From an uncultured Planctomycetaceae bacterium (GTDB lineage Bacteria > Planctomycetota > Planctomycetia > Pirellulales > PALSA-1355), in assembly GCA_963702015.1 (NCBI GenBank), contig OY969698.1, positions 1,958,839 to 2,022,838 of the forward strand: a stretch of 64,000 bases of DNA, written 5' to 3'. Within the stretch, counting starts at the first letter, position 1, and the number at the start of each line of letters is the position of its first letter. A model generated the notes under the pieces. That model did not search any database. It was not told where the DNA came from and saw only the letters and a program-made list of their open reading frames with translations. This document shows positions 1-9,766 of the stretch, piece by piece. Both the position numbers and the translations under genes were made by a program.

Positions 1-161
1 CAAGGCCCGGGGGGGGTTGCTAGCGAAGGAGATGACCGAGCAGGCGGCAAACGCCGATTTGGCGGGAGGACGGGTACGGCGATAAAATGCCGGCGGCTTG
101 CCAGGCGCCGGCAGCGCCGAAGCACGCCGAGCCTGCGAACCTCCCGTGGCCACGCCATCCC

Positions 162-719
162 ATGCCACCGCCGCTATTCAGCATTGGCCATTCCACCCAT
201 CCGCTCGATCGGTTCGTGGCTTTGCTGAGCGGGCACGGCGTCGATGTGCTGGCCGACATCCGGCGTTTTCCCGGCTCGCGCAAGTTCCCACAATTCAACC
301 AGGACAACCTCAAACACGGCGTTACCGCGGCAAGCATCGAATATCGCTGGTTCGAGGCTCTCGGAGGGCGCCGCCCCAAGCAGCGAGACGGCCCGCCTGC
401 GAATCTCGGCCTGCGAAACGAAAGCTTTCGAAATTACGCCGACTACATGCGCACCGACGAGTTCCATGCCGGCATCGCGCATTTGCTCGAAATCGCCGAG
501 CGCAAACCGACGGCCCTGATGTGTTCGGAGGGGCTTTTCTGGCAATGCCATCGCCGGCTGGTCAGCGATTTTCTGCTCTCCCGAGCGATTACGGTTCAGC
601 ACATCATGCCGTCGGGCGAATTGCGGCCGCATACGCTGACCGAGGGCGCGAAGATCTGCGGCCTGGAAGTGACTTATCCGGCGCCAGGGTCAGAGCAAGC
701 CCGACTGCCGTTCGAGTAG
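162..719 (+). CDS. DUF488 family protein
   Basis: ORF 87..719 trimmed to the Met at 162. Carries the N-terminal FSIGHS motif and the C-terminal MCSEGLFWQCHRRLV motif typical of DUF488. Confidence 0.6.
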   Translation: MPPPLFSIGHSTHPLDRFVALLSGHGVDVLADIRRFPGSRKFPQFNQDNLKHGVTAASIEYRWFEALGGRRPKQRDGPPANLGLRNESFRNYADYMRTDEFHAGIAHLLEIAERKPTALMCSEGLFWQCHRRLVSDFLLSRAITVQHIMPSGELRPHTLTEGAKICGLEVTYPAPGSEQARLPFE

Positions 720-753
720 GGCGGTTGGCGATGAATTGCCGGAGCCGGCGCGG

Positions 754-1182
754 CTACGGCCGCACAACGCCGGTGCGTGCCGGCGGGTCGCTGGCAGGAA
801 ACGATTCTTCCGATGCTTCTTCGACGACGTCGAAGCGAGGGACGTGCGCCTTGGCCTTCGGCAGCAGCATCGTCACCAACAGCGACGAGCTTTCGATTGC
901 CCGCAAGGAGTGAGGCTCGGCCGCCGCGAGGAACAACATCTGCCCGGCCACAAGTTCACACGACTGACCGTAGGCCGCAAAGGCGACTCGCCCCTCCAGG
1001 CATTGGACGGTGATCTCACCTGGAGCCCGATGGGTCGGAATCTGCTTGCCGGCCGGCAACACGAGGTGAAGCAACTCCAGGTTCTCAGTCTTGCCCAAGG
1101 TTGCGGTCTTGGTCGTCGCCAGGCGGGCTCCGAGCGGTCGGCAATCAATGACGTCGCCAGGTTTGGCATGAGGGATCGACAT
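754..1182 (-). CDS. cupin domain protein
   Basis: ORF 754..1302 trimmed to the Met at 1182, which has a GGAGGA RBS 8 nt upstream. Two-motif cupin-like beta-barrel sequence (DVIDCRPLG ... EGRVAF). Confidence 0.55.
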   Translation of the reverse strand: MSIPHAKPGDVIDCRPLGARLATTKTATLGKTENLELLHLVLPAGKQIPTHRAPGEITVQCLEGRVAFAAYGQSCELVAGQMLFLAAAEPHSLRAIESSSLLVTMLLPKAKAHVPRFDVVEEASEESFPASDPPARTGVVRP

Positions 1183-1488
1183 GACAAGTCCTCCCGAGGT
1201 TGAAGCATCGTTGCGCGTCATAAGCGACCCAGAGCGGCCGCTCTGGGCTCGATTATAGCACGATGGGGGGACCGCCGATTGCGGTCCGCCGACACTACCC
1301 AACTCGTGGCTGGGTCAGACAAAACCGTGCGTCGCGGCGCGCTGGCGGTGCCCCGCGCATGCCCGGCGTTGATAGCAGCGCTGCTATGCTTGAGATAGTG
1401 GCAAAATGCGCGGTCGTCGTTTTGAGCGGCAATTCTGTCGATCTAATAGATATTGAAAGACGCCGGCACCAAAGAAGGACCAAATCCG

Positions 1489-1716
1489 ATGGGTATTTTG
1501 ACGCAACAACAGGGCACGAAGTACGTCATTTCTTCCGATTCCAGCGCGGCAGAGGCGCCAACCAAGCGCCGCCGCGGAAAACCATTCGCCACCTACGAAG
1601 TCTGGACCGGCGAAACGTGGTCGGCCGCCGGTGCCGACGCCACGATCTTCGAGTCGCTTGACGATGCCGATCGGTACGTCAAAGAGAACTATGCTCGTCT
1701 CAGCGGCAAACGCTGA
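1489..1716 (+). CDS. hypothetical small protein
   Basis: Small ORF. The ATG at 1489 is preceded by AAGGA; no recognisable domain. Confidence 0.25.
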   Translation: MGILTQQQGTKYVISSDSSAAEAPTKRRRGKPFATYEVWTGETWSAAGADATIFESLDDADRYVKENYARLSGKR

Positions 1717-1992
1717 GGAGCCGGCCCGTGGAGGATGCGTGTTGGCCCCGTCGCTGGGCTTGCCGCTCCACAAGCCTCGCGTTGAGCGAGGTCGCGTGAT
1801 GGGCGGCGGATGGTCGCGGGCGGTTTGGCCGACCGCAAAAAAACCATCTTCCGCGCCGCCGATCGGCTCCTTGCAACTGCCGACGCCGCCGATTTTCTTT
1901 CGGGGGGCGATTTTCCCCATGTAACGCAGTTGCCACTGGGGCGACTATAAAGGGTGTGACTTGGGAATCTAGCACGCCCGATCGACGCGTTC

Positions 1993-2505
1993 ATGAACGA
2001 TCTCTCGGCGGTCATCGCAGCGCATTCCGACGCGGTTTGGCGCACGGCTTATCGCCTGCTCAATCACCGCGACGATGCGCTCGATTGCTACCAGGAGACC
2101 TTTCTGGCCGCCCTGTACCTTTCCAGCAAAGGCGAAGTGCGGCATTGGCGGACGATGCTGGTCCGGATTGCCACCCGCAGGGCGATCGACCGGCTGAGAC
2201 AACGCTATCAAAGCGCCAAGGAATCCGCCGGGACTGAGGAATTGGCGCGCGGCAGATCGCCCGTCGAGGCTCCCGACGCCCGACTTCACAGTGAAGAACT
2301 GCGAGAGCAGGTTCGCCGGGCGCTCGGCGCGCTTCCTGCCGAACAGGGCGAAGTTTTTTGGCTGCGGCACATCGAACAATTGAGTGTCGGCGAGGTGGCG
2401 GAGTTGATGGACATCGAAACCGGCCACGTACGCGTCTTGGGGCATCGCGCGGCCGTCGCCTTGCGCAATCCTTGGGCCGTCGCTCGGGCCTACAGCCATT
2501 ACTGA
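1993..2505 (+). CDS. ECF (extracytoplasmic function) RNA polymerase sigma-70 factor
   Basis: 170 aa. Region 2 (YRLLNHRDDALDCYQETFL) and region 4 (LSVGEVAELMDIETGHVRVLGHRAAVALR) signatures are present, and it is followed directly by a membrane anti-sigma-like gene. Confidence 0.8.
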   Translation: MNDLSAVIAAHSDAVWRTAYRLLNHRDDALDCYQETFLAALYLSSKGEVRHWRTMLVRIATRRAIDRLRQRYQSAKESAGTEELARGRSPVEAPDARLHSEELREQVRRALGALPAEQGEVFWLRHIEQLSVGEVAELMDIETGHVRVLGHRAAVALRNPWAVARAYSHY

Positions 2506-2514
2506 AAAAATGCC

Positions 2515-4806
2515 ATGAGTACAGACAATTCCGAAGATCCGATCGCACAGGTTGTCAGTGCATTCGACCAAATGCGGGTGCCACCGGGACCGTCGATGCT
2601 CGAGACGATCGATTTGTTGCGCGAGCGGGTGCCGGCCGTGCTGGAAGCCGCCAGCCGATCCGAAATTGCGCCGGTCGACCAGAAGCGAAATGCTGGTCGC
2701 GGAAGCGCACTCGTGCGACGGCCATTGTCTCGATTAGCGCTGGCCGCGGCCGCCTGTCTGGCGATTGTCGTCGCGTGGTGGTTGATTCCGGGCGGGCAAC
2801 CGGCGGCCCAGGCCTTCCACATGTTTGCCGACGCGCTCGTCGATGCCAAAAGCGCGGAATTTCAGTTGGAGGTGGATATCCCTGGGCACGGAATTCAGAG
2901 GTTCCAAAGTTACTATCTTGCTCCGGGAAAAATGCGCAGTGAGATGACGGGAGTCGTCAGCATTGCGGACTTGAAGACCGGCAAGACCGTAAACCTGCTT
3001 CCCGAGCAGAAGACGGCGCTGGTCATCACCGTAAAAAATGTGCCCAGCGAACCCGGCAGACCACGCTTCGATGACTTTTTCGAGGAGCTGCGAGATTTAC
3101 TCTCGAAGCGCCGTGACACGCTGGACGAGGGGGTCAAGCAACTGGGCGAAAAGGAGATCGACGGCCGCCGCGCCATTGGTTTCCGCTGCGAATCGCCCGT
3201 GGCAACGGTGATCCTGTGGGGCGACCCAGCCACTGGGTTGCCGTTGCTGGTCGAGTCCGTATCGACTGGCATTCCGCACATCGAAGTCAAGCTGTCGCGT
3301 TTTTTTTTCAACGGGCATCTCGAACCGGCGTTGTTCGACACCACGCCGCCAGCCGACTACATAGTCCGGGAGTTCGATCTCGACTTTTCGAAACCGACCG
3401 AGACGGCGCTGATCGACGGGTTGCGCATGAGTGCCGATTTGAACGACGGAGTGTTCGCCGACAACCTGGACTCAGCCAACGACTATGCGCTCCTTCTTAA
3501 ATCGCCGAAGAACGCAATCGGCGACAAGCAGGACAAATTGCGGGACATGGCGCCCGAGCTGATGACGATCGGCCGCGGAATGACCTTTGCCGCCGAGCTT
3601 CCCGAGTCGGCCGACGCGCACTATGCCGGCAAGGGGGTCAAGCACGGCGAGCCGAATCGCCCGATCTTCTGGTACAAGCCCGAGGGTGCGAAGGCGTACC
3701 GTGTCATCTACGCCGACCTCTCGGTCAAAGAGGCGGAGAGTGCGCCCGCGGTCGTCACGGGGCCGTTATTGGCCGCCGGGCAGTCGACGTTTCAGGCGTT
3801 CAACATGTTTGCCGAGGCGATTGTCGATGCCAAGAGCGCCACGTTTGACATGGAGGCCAGCATCGCCGGACAGGGAAAGCAGGTGGGCAAAAGCTATTAT
3901 CTCGCTCCCGGCAAAATGCGGACCACGGCGAAGGGAATGGTCATGGTATTCGACACCAAGGCGGGAAAGATGGTGTTCCTCAGCGACAAGCAGAAAACGG
4001 CTGTCGTGACGAACATAAAAAACCGGCCCCACGAGCCCGGCAAACCACAAATGGACGACGTTTTCGAGCAGATGCGAGATTTGCTCTCCAAGAGCCGTGA
4101 CGCAAAAGAAGACGAGTTCAAGCAACTGGGTGAAAAGGAAATTGACGGCCGCCGCGCGATCGGTTTCAGCTACGCCACGGCCGCGCAATCGCTGACGCTG
4201 TGGGGCGATCCGACCACTGGGTTGCCGGTGCTGGTTGAGATGGTATTCAGCGGCAAACCACGTTCTGAAGTCACAATGTCGCACTTTGAGCTGAACGAGA
4301 AGCTCGATCCGGCGCTGTTCGACACCACGCCGCCTGCCCACTACAAGGTTCAGACCTTCGACTTCGACGCCTCGAAACCGACCGAGGCCACCCTGATCGA
4401 GGCGCTGCGCTTGGCCGCCGATGCGAACGACGGAGTGTTTATCAACAATCTGGACATGGCCGGCATGATGGCGGTCATGATCAAATACGCCGAAAAATCG
4501 GTCCGCGACAGAAAAGACAAATCGCAGGGTGTTCCACCCGAGGTGATGGACACGGCCATGACGATTGGCCGCGGGATCAGCTTTGCCCTGGAGGAACTGC
4601 CAGAAACGGCCGACGCGCATTACGCCGGCAAAGGGGTCAAGCTCGACGAATCCGATCGCCCGATCTTCTGGTACAAGCCCGAGGGCTCCAAGACCTACCG
4701 CGTGATCTATGCCGACCTCTCGGTCAAAGAGGCGGAAGCCGCGCCCGAAATCGCCGGAGCCATGCGATTGGAGAAGACCAGGCCGGCGGAGAAGGAAGAG
4801 AAGTAG
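2515..4806 (+). CDS. putative anti-sigma factor with one transmembrane helix and two tandem extracytoplasmic sensor modules
   Basis: 763 aa, 10 bp downstream of the ECF sigma. Short cytoplasmic N-terminus, then one transmembrane segment (LALAAAACLAIVVAWWL), then two ~330-aa modules that are about 50% identical to each other. Confidence 0.65.
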   Translation: MSTDNSEDPIAQVVSAFDQMRVPPGPSMLETIDLLRERVPAVLEAASRSEIAPVDQKRNAGRGSALVRRPLSRLALAAAACLAIVVAWWLIPGGQPAAQAFHMFADALVDAKSAEFQLEVDIPGHGIQRFQSYYLAPGKMRSEMTGVVSIADLKTGKTVNLLPEQKTALVITVKNVPSEPGRPRFDDFFEELRDLLSKRRDTLDEGVKQLGEKEIDGRRAIGFRCESPVATVILWGDPATGLPLLVESVSTGIPHIEVKLSRFFFNGHLEPALFDTTPPADYIVREFDLDFSKPTETALIDGLRMSADLNDGVFADNLDSANDYALLLKSPKNAIGDKQDKLRDMAPELMTIGRGMTFAAELPESADAHYAGKGVKHGEPNRPIFWYKPEGAKAYRVIYADLSVKEAESAPAVVTGPLLAAGQSTFQAFNMFAEAIVDAKSATFDMEASIAGQGKQVGKSYYLAPGKMRTTAKGMVMVFDTKAGKMVFLSDKQKTAVVTNIKNRPHEPGKPQMDDVFEQMRDLLSKSRDAKEDEFKQLGEKEIDGRRAIGFSYATAAQSLTLWGDPTTGLPVLVEMVFSGKPRSEVTMSHFELNEKLDPALFDTTPPAHYKVQTFDFDASKPTEATLIEALRLAADANDGVFINNLDMAGMMAVMIKYAEKSVRDRKDKSQGVPPEVMDTAMTIGRGISFALEELPETADAHYAGKGVKLDESDRPIFWYKPEGSKTYRVIYADLSVKEAEAAPEIAGAMRLEKTRPAEKEEK
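2812..4806 (+). repeat. intragenic tandem duplication: sensor module copy 1 (~2812..3789) and copy 2 (~3790..4806) of the anti-sigma gene
   Basis: Module 1 (FHMFADALVDAKSAEF ... YRVIYADLSVKEAESAP) aligns end to end with module 2 (FNMFAEAIVDAKSATF ... YRVIYADLSVKEAEAAP). Confidence 0.7.
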
Positions 4807-4907
4807 CCCAGACGCCAGACGTTTGTCGAGCGCCGGCGAACCCGCTACGGTGATTGCAGCGAGGCTGGCCGATCGATCGACAGGCCGATTCATTCGAGGG
4901 GCAGAAC

Positions 4908-6902
4908 ATGATGCCGGTAAGATCGCGTGCTTATCGAGTGGCAATCGTCATCATCGCACTCTGCGTGGCCTTTGCCGGCGAGACTGCCCTGGCCGACGAT
5001 CCGGTGAGCCAGGATGTTTGGCATGTCGTCTCGTCCGGTGACGTTCCCTTCCAGTCGATGCACACGACCCGTGAGTCGCGGGCGGATGGCACGAGGCGAA
5101 TCGTGGAGGACGTGCGGGCATTGATCGATCTATTCGGGCAACGACAAGAAATACGCCAGACGTTCGATTGTGTCGTCAGCGCGACGTTGGAACCGATCTC
5201 TTGCCGCTATGAGTCGCACGGACTGTCCGGCGAGGTGGCGGCGCTGGGCGAGGTTGAAGACAAAGAGTTTGTGATCACCTTCCGGCGCGGTGATTTCACG
5301 CTCAAGCGACGCATTCCGCTGGCGGACAAACCGATTCTGAGTCTGTGCCTTGCCGATGCGCTGGCCGCGCAAGACCAATTGACCGAGGCAAGCCAACTGG
5401 CGATTGTCGACAGCGATTCTTGGACGCCACGGCACGCGACTGCCCGGCGGTTGGCTGATGCTGATGGCCTGTCACGCTGGAGCGTCGTTTACGACGACGG
5501 CGTCGGCAACGGTGTCTGGTCGCTGTCGCCAGACGGCCCGTTCGATCGCGTGGACCTTTCGACGCCCAGTCGGCGGATTCGACGCGCCACTGCGGACGTG
5601 GCAAACGAACTGAAATACTGGACGCCGACGGACCGCGAAATGCTCGTGTTTCCGGCGTATCGTGATCTCCCTTTTCCCGAGCGATTGCGGTCGATCACCG
5701 TGCGGATGCGCTGGCGCGGTACGCCGATCGAACAACTCGATCTGGAAGATTCCCGCCAGCGGATTGTCAGCCAAACGCATGACCAGGATCGCCACGAGGT
5801 CATATTGCGGCTCGGGCAGCCGGCCGCAATTGATGCGGCGCCGCGGCTGCCGGTTACCGATGCCGCGTTAGCACCCTGCCTAGCCGAAGAGACGTTTATC
5901 TGCCCGAACGATCCGACGATTCGCTCTCAGGCGCGCAAGTGGACGACCGGCAGCGAGACGACGCTCGACACGATCGGCCGATTGAGCCAGGAGGTGTTCA
6001 GATACCTCGACGGAGGCGAGATGATCGCCGAAACGCTCTCCGGCCCGGAAGTGCTGGCCTGTCGCAAAGGGAAATGCTCGGAGTTCACCACGCTGTTGGC
6101 CTCGCTGGCCCGATCGGTCGGCGTGCCAACACGCGTGGCCCTCGGGATGCGGCTCGTCGCCGGTCGTTGGATGGGTCATATGTGGTGCGAAGCGTGGGTC
6201 GGGCGCTGGATACCTGTCGATGCGTCAACGAACGAAGTCGGCGGATCGCCGGCGCTGTTAAAACTGACGCATAGCGAAACGACGCTGGGAACGCAAAACG
6301 TCCGTTGGGCTTTGGCCGAAAGCCTCGAGCTGGAAATTATCGACGTCGAACGTGGCGCAGAGCCCGACCTGGCCATGACCACGGGCATCGTGCGGCAGAC
6401 CTATACCAATGCCGGCCACGCCTGCCGGATCACGGCGCCCGGCGCGGACTGGAAGCTCGAAGACAAATCAACGCCTGGTGTCGTACTGATTCAATTCAAG
6501 GCGCCCGGTGAATTCAAGGATGACGAGCCGCTGATTCATTTCGTGGCCTTCGGCCTGCCGACGCGGATTGATCCTGCAATCCTGGTGAACGTCCGCAAAG
6601 CCCGATTCGCTTCGCTGTACCAGGCCTTCGAGGTGCTCGTGGACGAGAAGCGGCCGATCGGCGCAATGAACGGCCGGCAATTCGTGTTTCGCCGCGACGA
6701 TTCGAAGAAGCCGGGCCGAAAGATCAAGACCACGGAATTCCTCTGGACAGGCGATCGCTCGGGCTATCTTCTTAATCTGATCGCCGCGGAGCCGACGCAC
6801 GACGCAGTGCTGGCGCAATTCGACGCCCTGCTTGCCAGCTTCGAGACGGTTGAGCCGGCGGCTAAGGGGTCGAATGAGAAGGCAAAACCGGCGGCGCCGT
6901 GA
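4908..6902 (+). CDS. transglutaminase-like domain protein (secreted)
   Basis: The Met at 4908 is preceded by GAGGGG. Signal peptide present. Transglutaminase core Cys...His...Asp: CRKGKCSEFTTLLASLARSVGVPTRVALG ... GHMWCEAW ... PVDAS. Confidence 0.7.
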   Translation: MMPVRSRAYRVAIVIIALCVAFAGETALADDPVSQDVWHVVSSGDVPFQSMHTTRESRADGTRRIVEDVRALIDLFGQRQEIRQTFDCVVSATLEPISCRYESHGLSGEVAALGEVEDKEFVITFRRGDFTLKRRIPLADKPILSLCLADALAAQDQLTEASQLAIVDSDSWTPRHATARRLADADGLSRWSVVYDDGVGNGVWSLSPDGPFDRVDLSTPSRRIRRATADVANELKYWTPTDREMLVFPAYRDLPFPERLRSITVRMRWRGTPIEQLDLEDSRQRIVSQTHDQDRHEVILRLGQPAAIDAAPRLPVTDAALAPCLAEETFICPNDPTIRSQARKWTTGSETTLDTIGRLSQEVFRYLDGGEMIAETLSGPEVLACRKGKCSEFTTLLASLARSVGVPTRVALGMRLVAGRWMGHMWCEAWVGRWIPVDASTNEVGGSPALLKLTHSETTLGTQNVRWALAESLELEIIDVERGAEPDLAMTTGIVRQTYTNAGHACRITAPGADWKLEDKSTPGVVLIQFKAPGEFKDDEPLIHFVAFGLPTRIDPAILVNVRKARFASLYQAFEVLVDEKRPIGAMNGRQFVFRRDDSKKPGRKIKTTEFLWTGDRSGYLLNLIAAEPTHDAVLAQFDALLASFETVEPAAKGSNEKAKPAAP

Positions 6903-6916
6903 TGTCTCGGGGCTGC

Positions 6917-7177
6917 TCAGCCGGCCTTTCGCACGAGCGATTCCTTTTCAAGTCGCGTCAGGCGCTTGATCGCCAGTTCACGCCGCAGGGCGAGGCTGCG
7001 GCTGTCTTGCGGCTCGTGATAGACCAGAACCACGGGGCGCCGACTGCGGGTGTAGCGCGACGCGGTGCCGGCGCTATGCTGCGAGCAGCGCCGGCTTAAA
7101 TCGTTGGTAATTCCGGTATAAAGCGAGCCGTCGACACATCGCAAGAGATAGACGAACCATAAGCTATCTTTTGGCAT
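6917..7177 (-). CDS. GIY-YIG nuclease family protein (UPF0213/YhbQ-like)
   Basis: 86 aa; WFVYLLRCVDGSLYTGITNDLSRRCSQH is a GIY-YIG signature. Confidence 0.7.
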   Translation of the reverse strand: MPKDSLWFVYLLRCVDGSLYTGITNDLSRRCSQHSAGTASRYTRSRRPVVLVYHEPQDSRSLALRRELAIKRLTRLEKESLVRKAG

Positions 7178-7249
7178 CGGCCCAATCCCTGTTTGGGGGT
7201 TGAAAAGGTCGGCGGAAACTCCATTCCATCAATCGGCAAGAATCGACCC

Positions 7250-8413
7250 ATGAAACCAACGAATCGAATCCTGATGGCGGCCGTACTTGGGTTTTGCACC
7301 CTGGCCTCGACGATTCCGGCAGTTGCCTGCACCGCCTTCCAGTTGCAGGCGCACGACGGAGCCTGGATCTATCTTCGCTCGATGGAATTCGGCTTTCCCT
7401 TCCATTCCGAGGTGCTCATCGTTCCCCGTGGAACCGAATTCACCGGCACGGCTGCCGGCCCGACGCCGGGTCTCAAGTGGCAGGCGAAATACGGCCTGGT
7501 GGGGGCCAACCAAGCCGTGGCCAAGAACCTGGTAGCCGATGGCATGAACGAGCGTGGGCTGGTCGTTGGCATGCTCCTCTTCCCGCGCTACGCCGGCTAT
7601 CCGGCGGCCGATCCGGCCAAGACCGACCGCACGCTGGGAAGCTGGGAAGTGGCCACCTACTTGCTTTCGACCTGCGCCACTTTGGAAGATGCCCGAGCCG
7701 CGTTGACCGACGGGAGCGTACTGGTCTCGAACGCCGAGTTCGCCCCGTTCAGCCAGGTGCTGCCGGTTCACTATTACATTGCCGACGCGAGCGGAGCGGT
7801 GCTGATCGCCGAATATGTCGGTGGCGATCTGCAGTTCCACGACGACCCGTTCGGCATTCTCACCAACTCGCCCGATTTCGTCTGGCAGCAAACCAATCTG
7901 CTGAACTTCGTCAATCTTTCGCCGGTCAACGTCCCCAACGCCGAGCTCGACGGCCGCAAGATCGAGGGTTTTGGGCAGGGGAGCAGGGCGCTCGGTTTGC
8001 CCGGCGATTTCACCCCGCCTTCACGCTTCGTGCGGGCTGCTCTCTTCTCGCACTGGGCGACACCGGGAGCGACCGCCGAAGAGACGGTGCTGGCCGGATT
8101 TCACGTGCTCAACACCTTTGATATTTTTGCGGGGGCGATCCGTGCCAATTCGGCGACTTTGCCTGCCAGCGGCGAAGCCTTTCTCAACTCCAAGACTCCT
8201 GAGATCGTGAACACCGACACAACCGAGTGGACCTTGGCGCACGATCGGACGAATCTCCGCACGTATGTGCGGACTTACGAAAGTCTGTCGATTCAAATGA
8301 TCGATCTGAATAAGATCGACTTTGCGCAGCCCGGCTTGCGGCAGATCGAGCTCGACAAGAAATTCGATCCGGCGGATCTCAGCTCGACGGCCAAACCGCT
8401 CTCGTCGCCCTAA
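7250..8413 (+). CDS. choloylglycine hydrolase / linear amide C-N hydrolase family (Ntn hydrolase), secreted
   Basis: Signal peptide ending ...AVAC, followed directly by the N-terminal nucleophile Cys (CTAFQL) typical of the Ntn-hydrolase CBAH family. Confidence 0.65.
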   Translation: MKPTNRILMAAVLGFCTLASTIPAVACTAFQLQAHDGAWIYLRSMEFGFPFHSEVLIVPRGTEFTGTAAGPTPGLKWQAKYGLVGANQAVAKNLVADGMNERGLVVGMLLFPRYAGYPAADPAKTDRTLGSWEVATYLLSTCATLEDARAALTDGSVLVSNAEFAPFSQVLPVHYYIADASGAVLIAEYVGGDLQFHDDPFGILTNSPDFVWQQTNLLNFVNLSPVNVPNAELDGRKIEGFGQGSRALGLPGDFTPPSRFVRAALFSHWATPGATAEETVLAGFHVLNTFDIFAGAIRANSATLPASGEAFLNSKTPEIVNTDTTEWTLAHDRTNLRTYVRTYESLSIQMIDLNKIDFAQPGLRQIELDKKFDPADLSSTAKPLSSP

Positions 8414-8462
8414 TGGGGTGAAAAACGCATCGCTCGGTCGCGCTCACCGTCACGCGCAACAG

Positions 8463-8503
8463 AAAAAGCCCGACGCGGAACTTGCTCCGCGGCGGGCTTT
8501 TTC
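8463..8503. terminator. rho-independent terminator, possibly bidirectional
   Basis: Stem GCCCGACGCGG / CCGCGGCGGGC, with an A-run 5' of it and a T-run 3' of it. It lies between the convergent genes ending at 8413 (+) and 8518 (-). Confidence 0.55.
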
Positions 8504-8517
8504 GTTGGCTGGCCGAA

Positions 8518-8727
8518 TCAGGCCAGAGGCCTGGATTGGGGCACGTCAACGATCGTCACGTTGGCAAACTCGTGGTTGAGGATCGTCTCGACAAAAGGCG
8601 TTCCAATCGGCAATTGTCCGGTGGGAATGTTGAGGGCTTGTCGCAAAAGCTGGGTCAGTTGGTTGCGGCCATCGTGATTGGCCAACATCGTCTTGAGCTC
8701 ATTCTCGCGTTGCGTTCGGTTCGTCAA
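8518..8727 (-). CDS. hypothetical small protein
   Basis: 69-aa ORF ending at the bidirectional terminator; no recognisable domain. Confidence 0.3.
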   Translation of the reverse strand: MTNRTQRENELKTMLANHDGRNQLTQLLRQALNIPTGQLPIGTPFVETILNHEFANVTIVDVPQSRPLA

Positions 8728-8908
8728 AGGAGGATCCTTTTCTAGCGTTGTGCTGCAATGTAATTTCTCTGTTGTTCAGTATAGGTGCCCCGCGCGACGA
8801 CCGATATGCGATTCGAAACCCCGCCGATCCGTCATCGCGCGACGAGCCCCCTCTGTAATCCACTGCCGCCGGGAGGTCAATCTCAATGTCCGGGCCAAGA
8901 CTGGCCGA

Positions 8909-9320
8909 TCACTCGTTTTGATCGGCGGACGACGAATTGCCGCCTTGGTTGGGCAAAGCAGGCCTGGCCGCCGAATCCGGATCGTCTGGCTTCTCGCTCT
9001 TTGCAGCAACGAGTGGCGGCGGCTCGGGGGGTAGCTTCTCGCGCTTGGCCTCTTCGGCCGCGGCCGCCGCTTTAATGATCTTGTCCAGGCATTCTTTCGC
9101 GGCCACGCGCAGTCGACGTGTTCTCGTCCCAGTCCTCGGGCTCCGATGGCGGACGTCCTCTGGCCTCGAACCGCCGCCGACGCTCCTGCCAATCGTCGCG
9201 CATTTCTTCCAAGGTCGCCAACGGCTCCGCGGTGCCATCCAAGCCTGCGAACCCGCGATAGTAGGCGATCTCTTGATCGATCTCTTTGATGGCCCGTTTG
9301 AACTGGTTGGCGAACGACAT
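8909..9320 (-). CDS. hypothetical acidic protein, apparent frameshift near 9100
   Basis: Two overlapping minus-strand ORFs (9072..9320 and 8909..9367) both read as plausible protein only when joined at ...DWDENTST/LRVAAKECLDKII..., which needs a 1-nt frame change. Confidence 0.3.
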
Positions 9321-9519
9321 CGAACATTTCTCTGGAGATTGGGGCGGCGGATCACCCGGTTAATCAAGCGCGTCGCAGTGGAACGGGTGGCGCCGCGACG
9401 GAGCGACTACAATGGCGGCAATCGTGCCGCGCCGAGTCGAAGCGAGAGCCCGCAACGGAATCATTTCGATCCGCTGCGCTTTTCAATCGACTTCACCCGC
9501 AGACTTAAAGGGCTGAGTA

Positions 9520-9729
9520 ATGCTTATCGCTGAGATTGTCGCGCAGGAACCCAATCATTACGTCGTGGTGCAATCGGGCATCAGCCTCGGCTCTGCCCTG
9601 GCGGCAATCTGTTCGTGGGATCGAAACCGCTCGATTCTTCTGGCCGCGATCGCCGGCGTGTTTTCCTGGTTTTACGTGATTTACTTTGCGATCACCCGGG
9701 AGCCGGCCAATCCCAAAACCGGCGGCTAG
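9520..9729 (+). CDS. small two-TM membrane protein, YqaE/Pmp3-like
   Basis: 69 aa with two hydrophobic helices; the second is SILLAAIAGVFSWFYVIYFAI. Confidence 0.4.
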   Translation: MLIAEIVAQEPNHYVVVQSGISLGSALAAICSWDRNRSILLAAIAGVFSWFYVIYFAITREPANPKTGG

Positions 9730-9766
9730 GCGGCGTGCGACGAACCGCGTCAAGCGGACCGCACGA

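Noticed and set aside
20-379. 119-aa minus-strand ORF at the left edge, and the other short Arg-rich ORFs throughout
   Set aside because: Overlap better-supported genes or sit in frames with no RBS and no domain signal.
3766-4944. 392-aa ORF on the minus strand overlapping the anti-sigma gene
   Set aside because: Antisense to a gene with strong internal-repeat and domain evidence. Arg/Leu/Gly-rich low-complexity translation typical of antisense frames in high-GC DNA.
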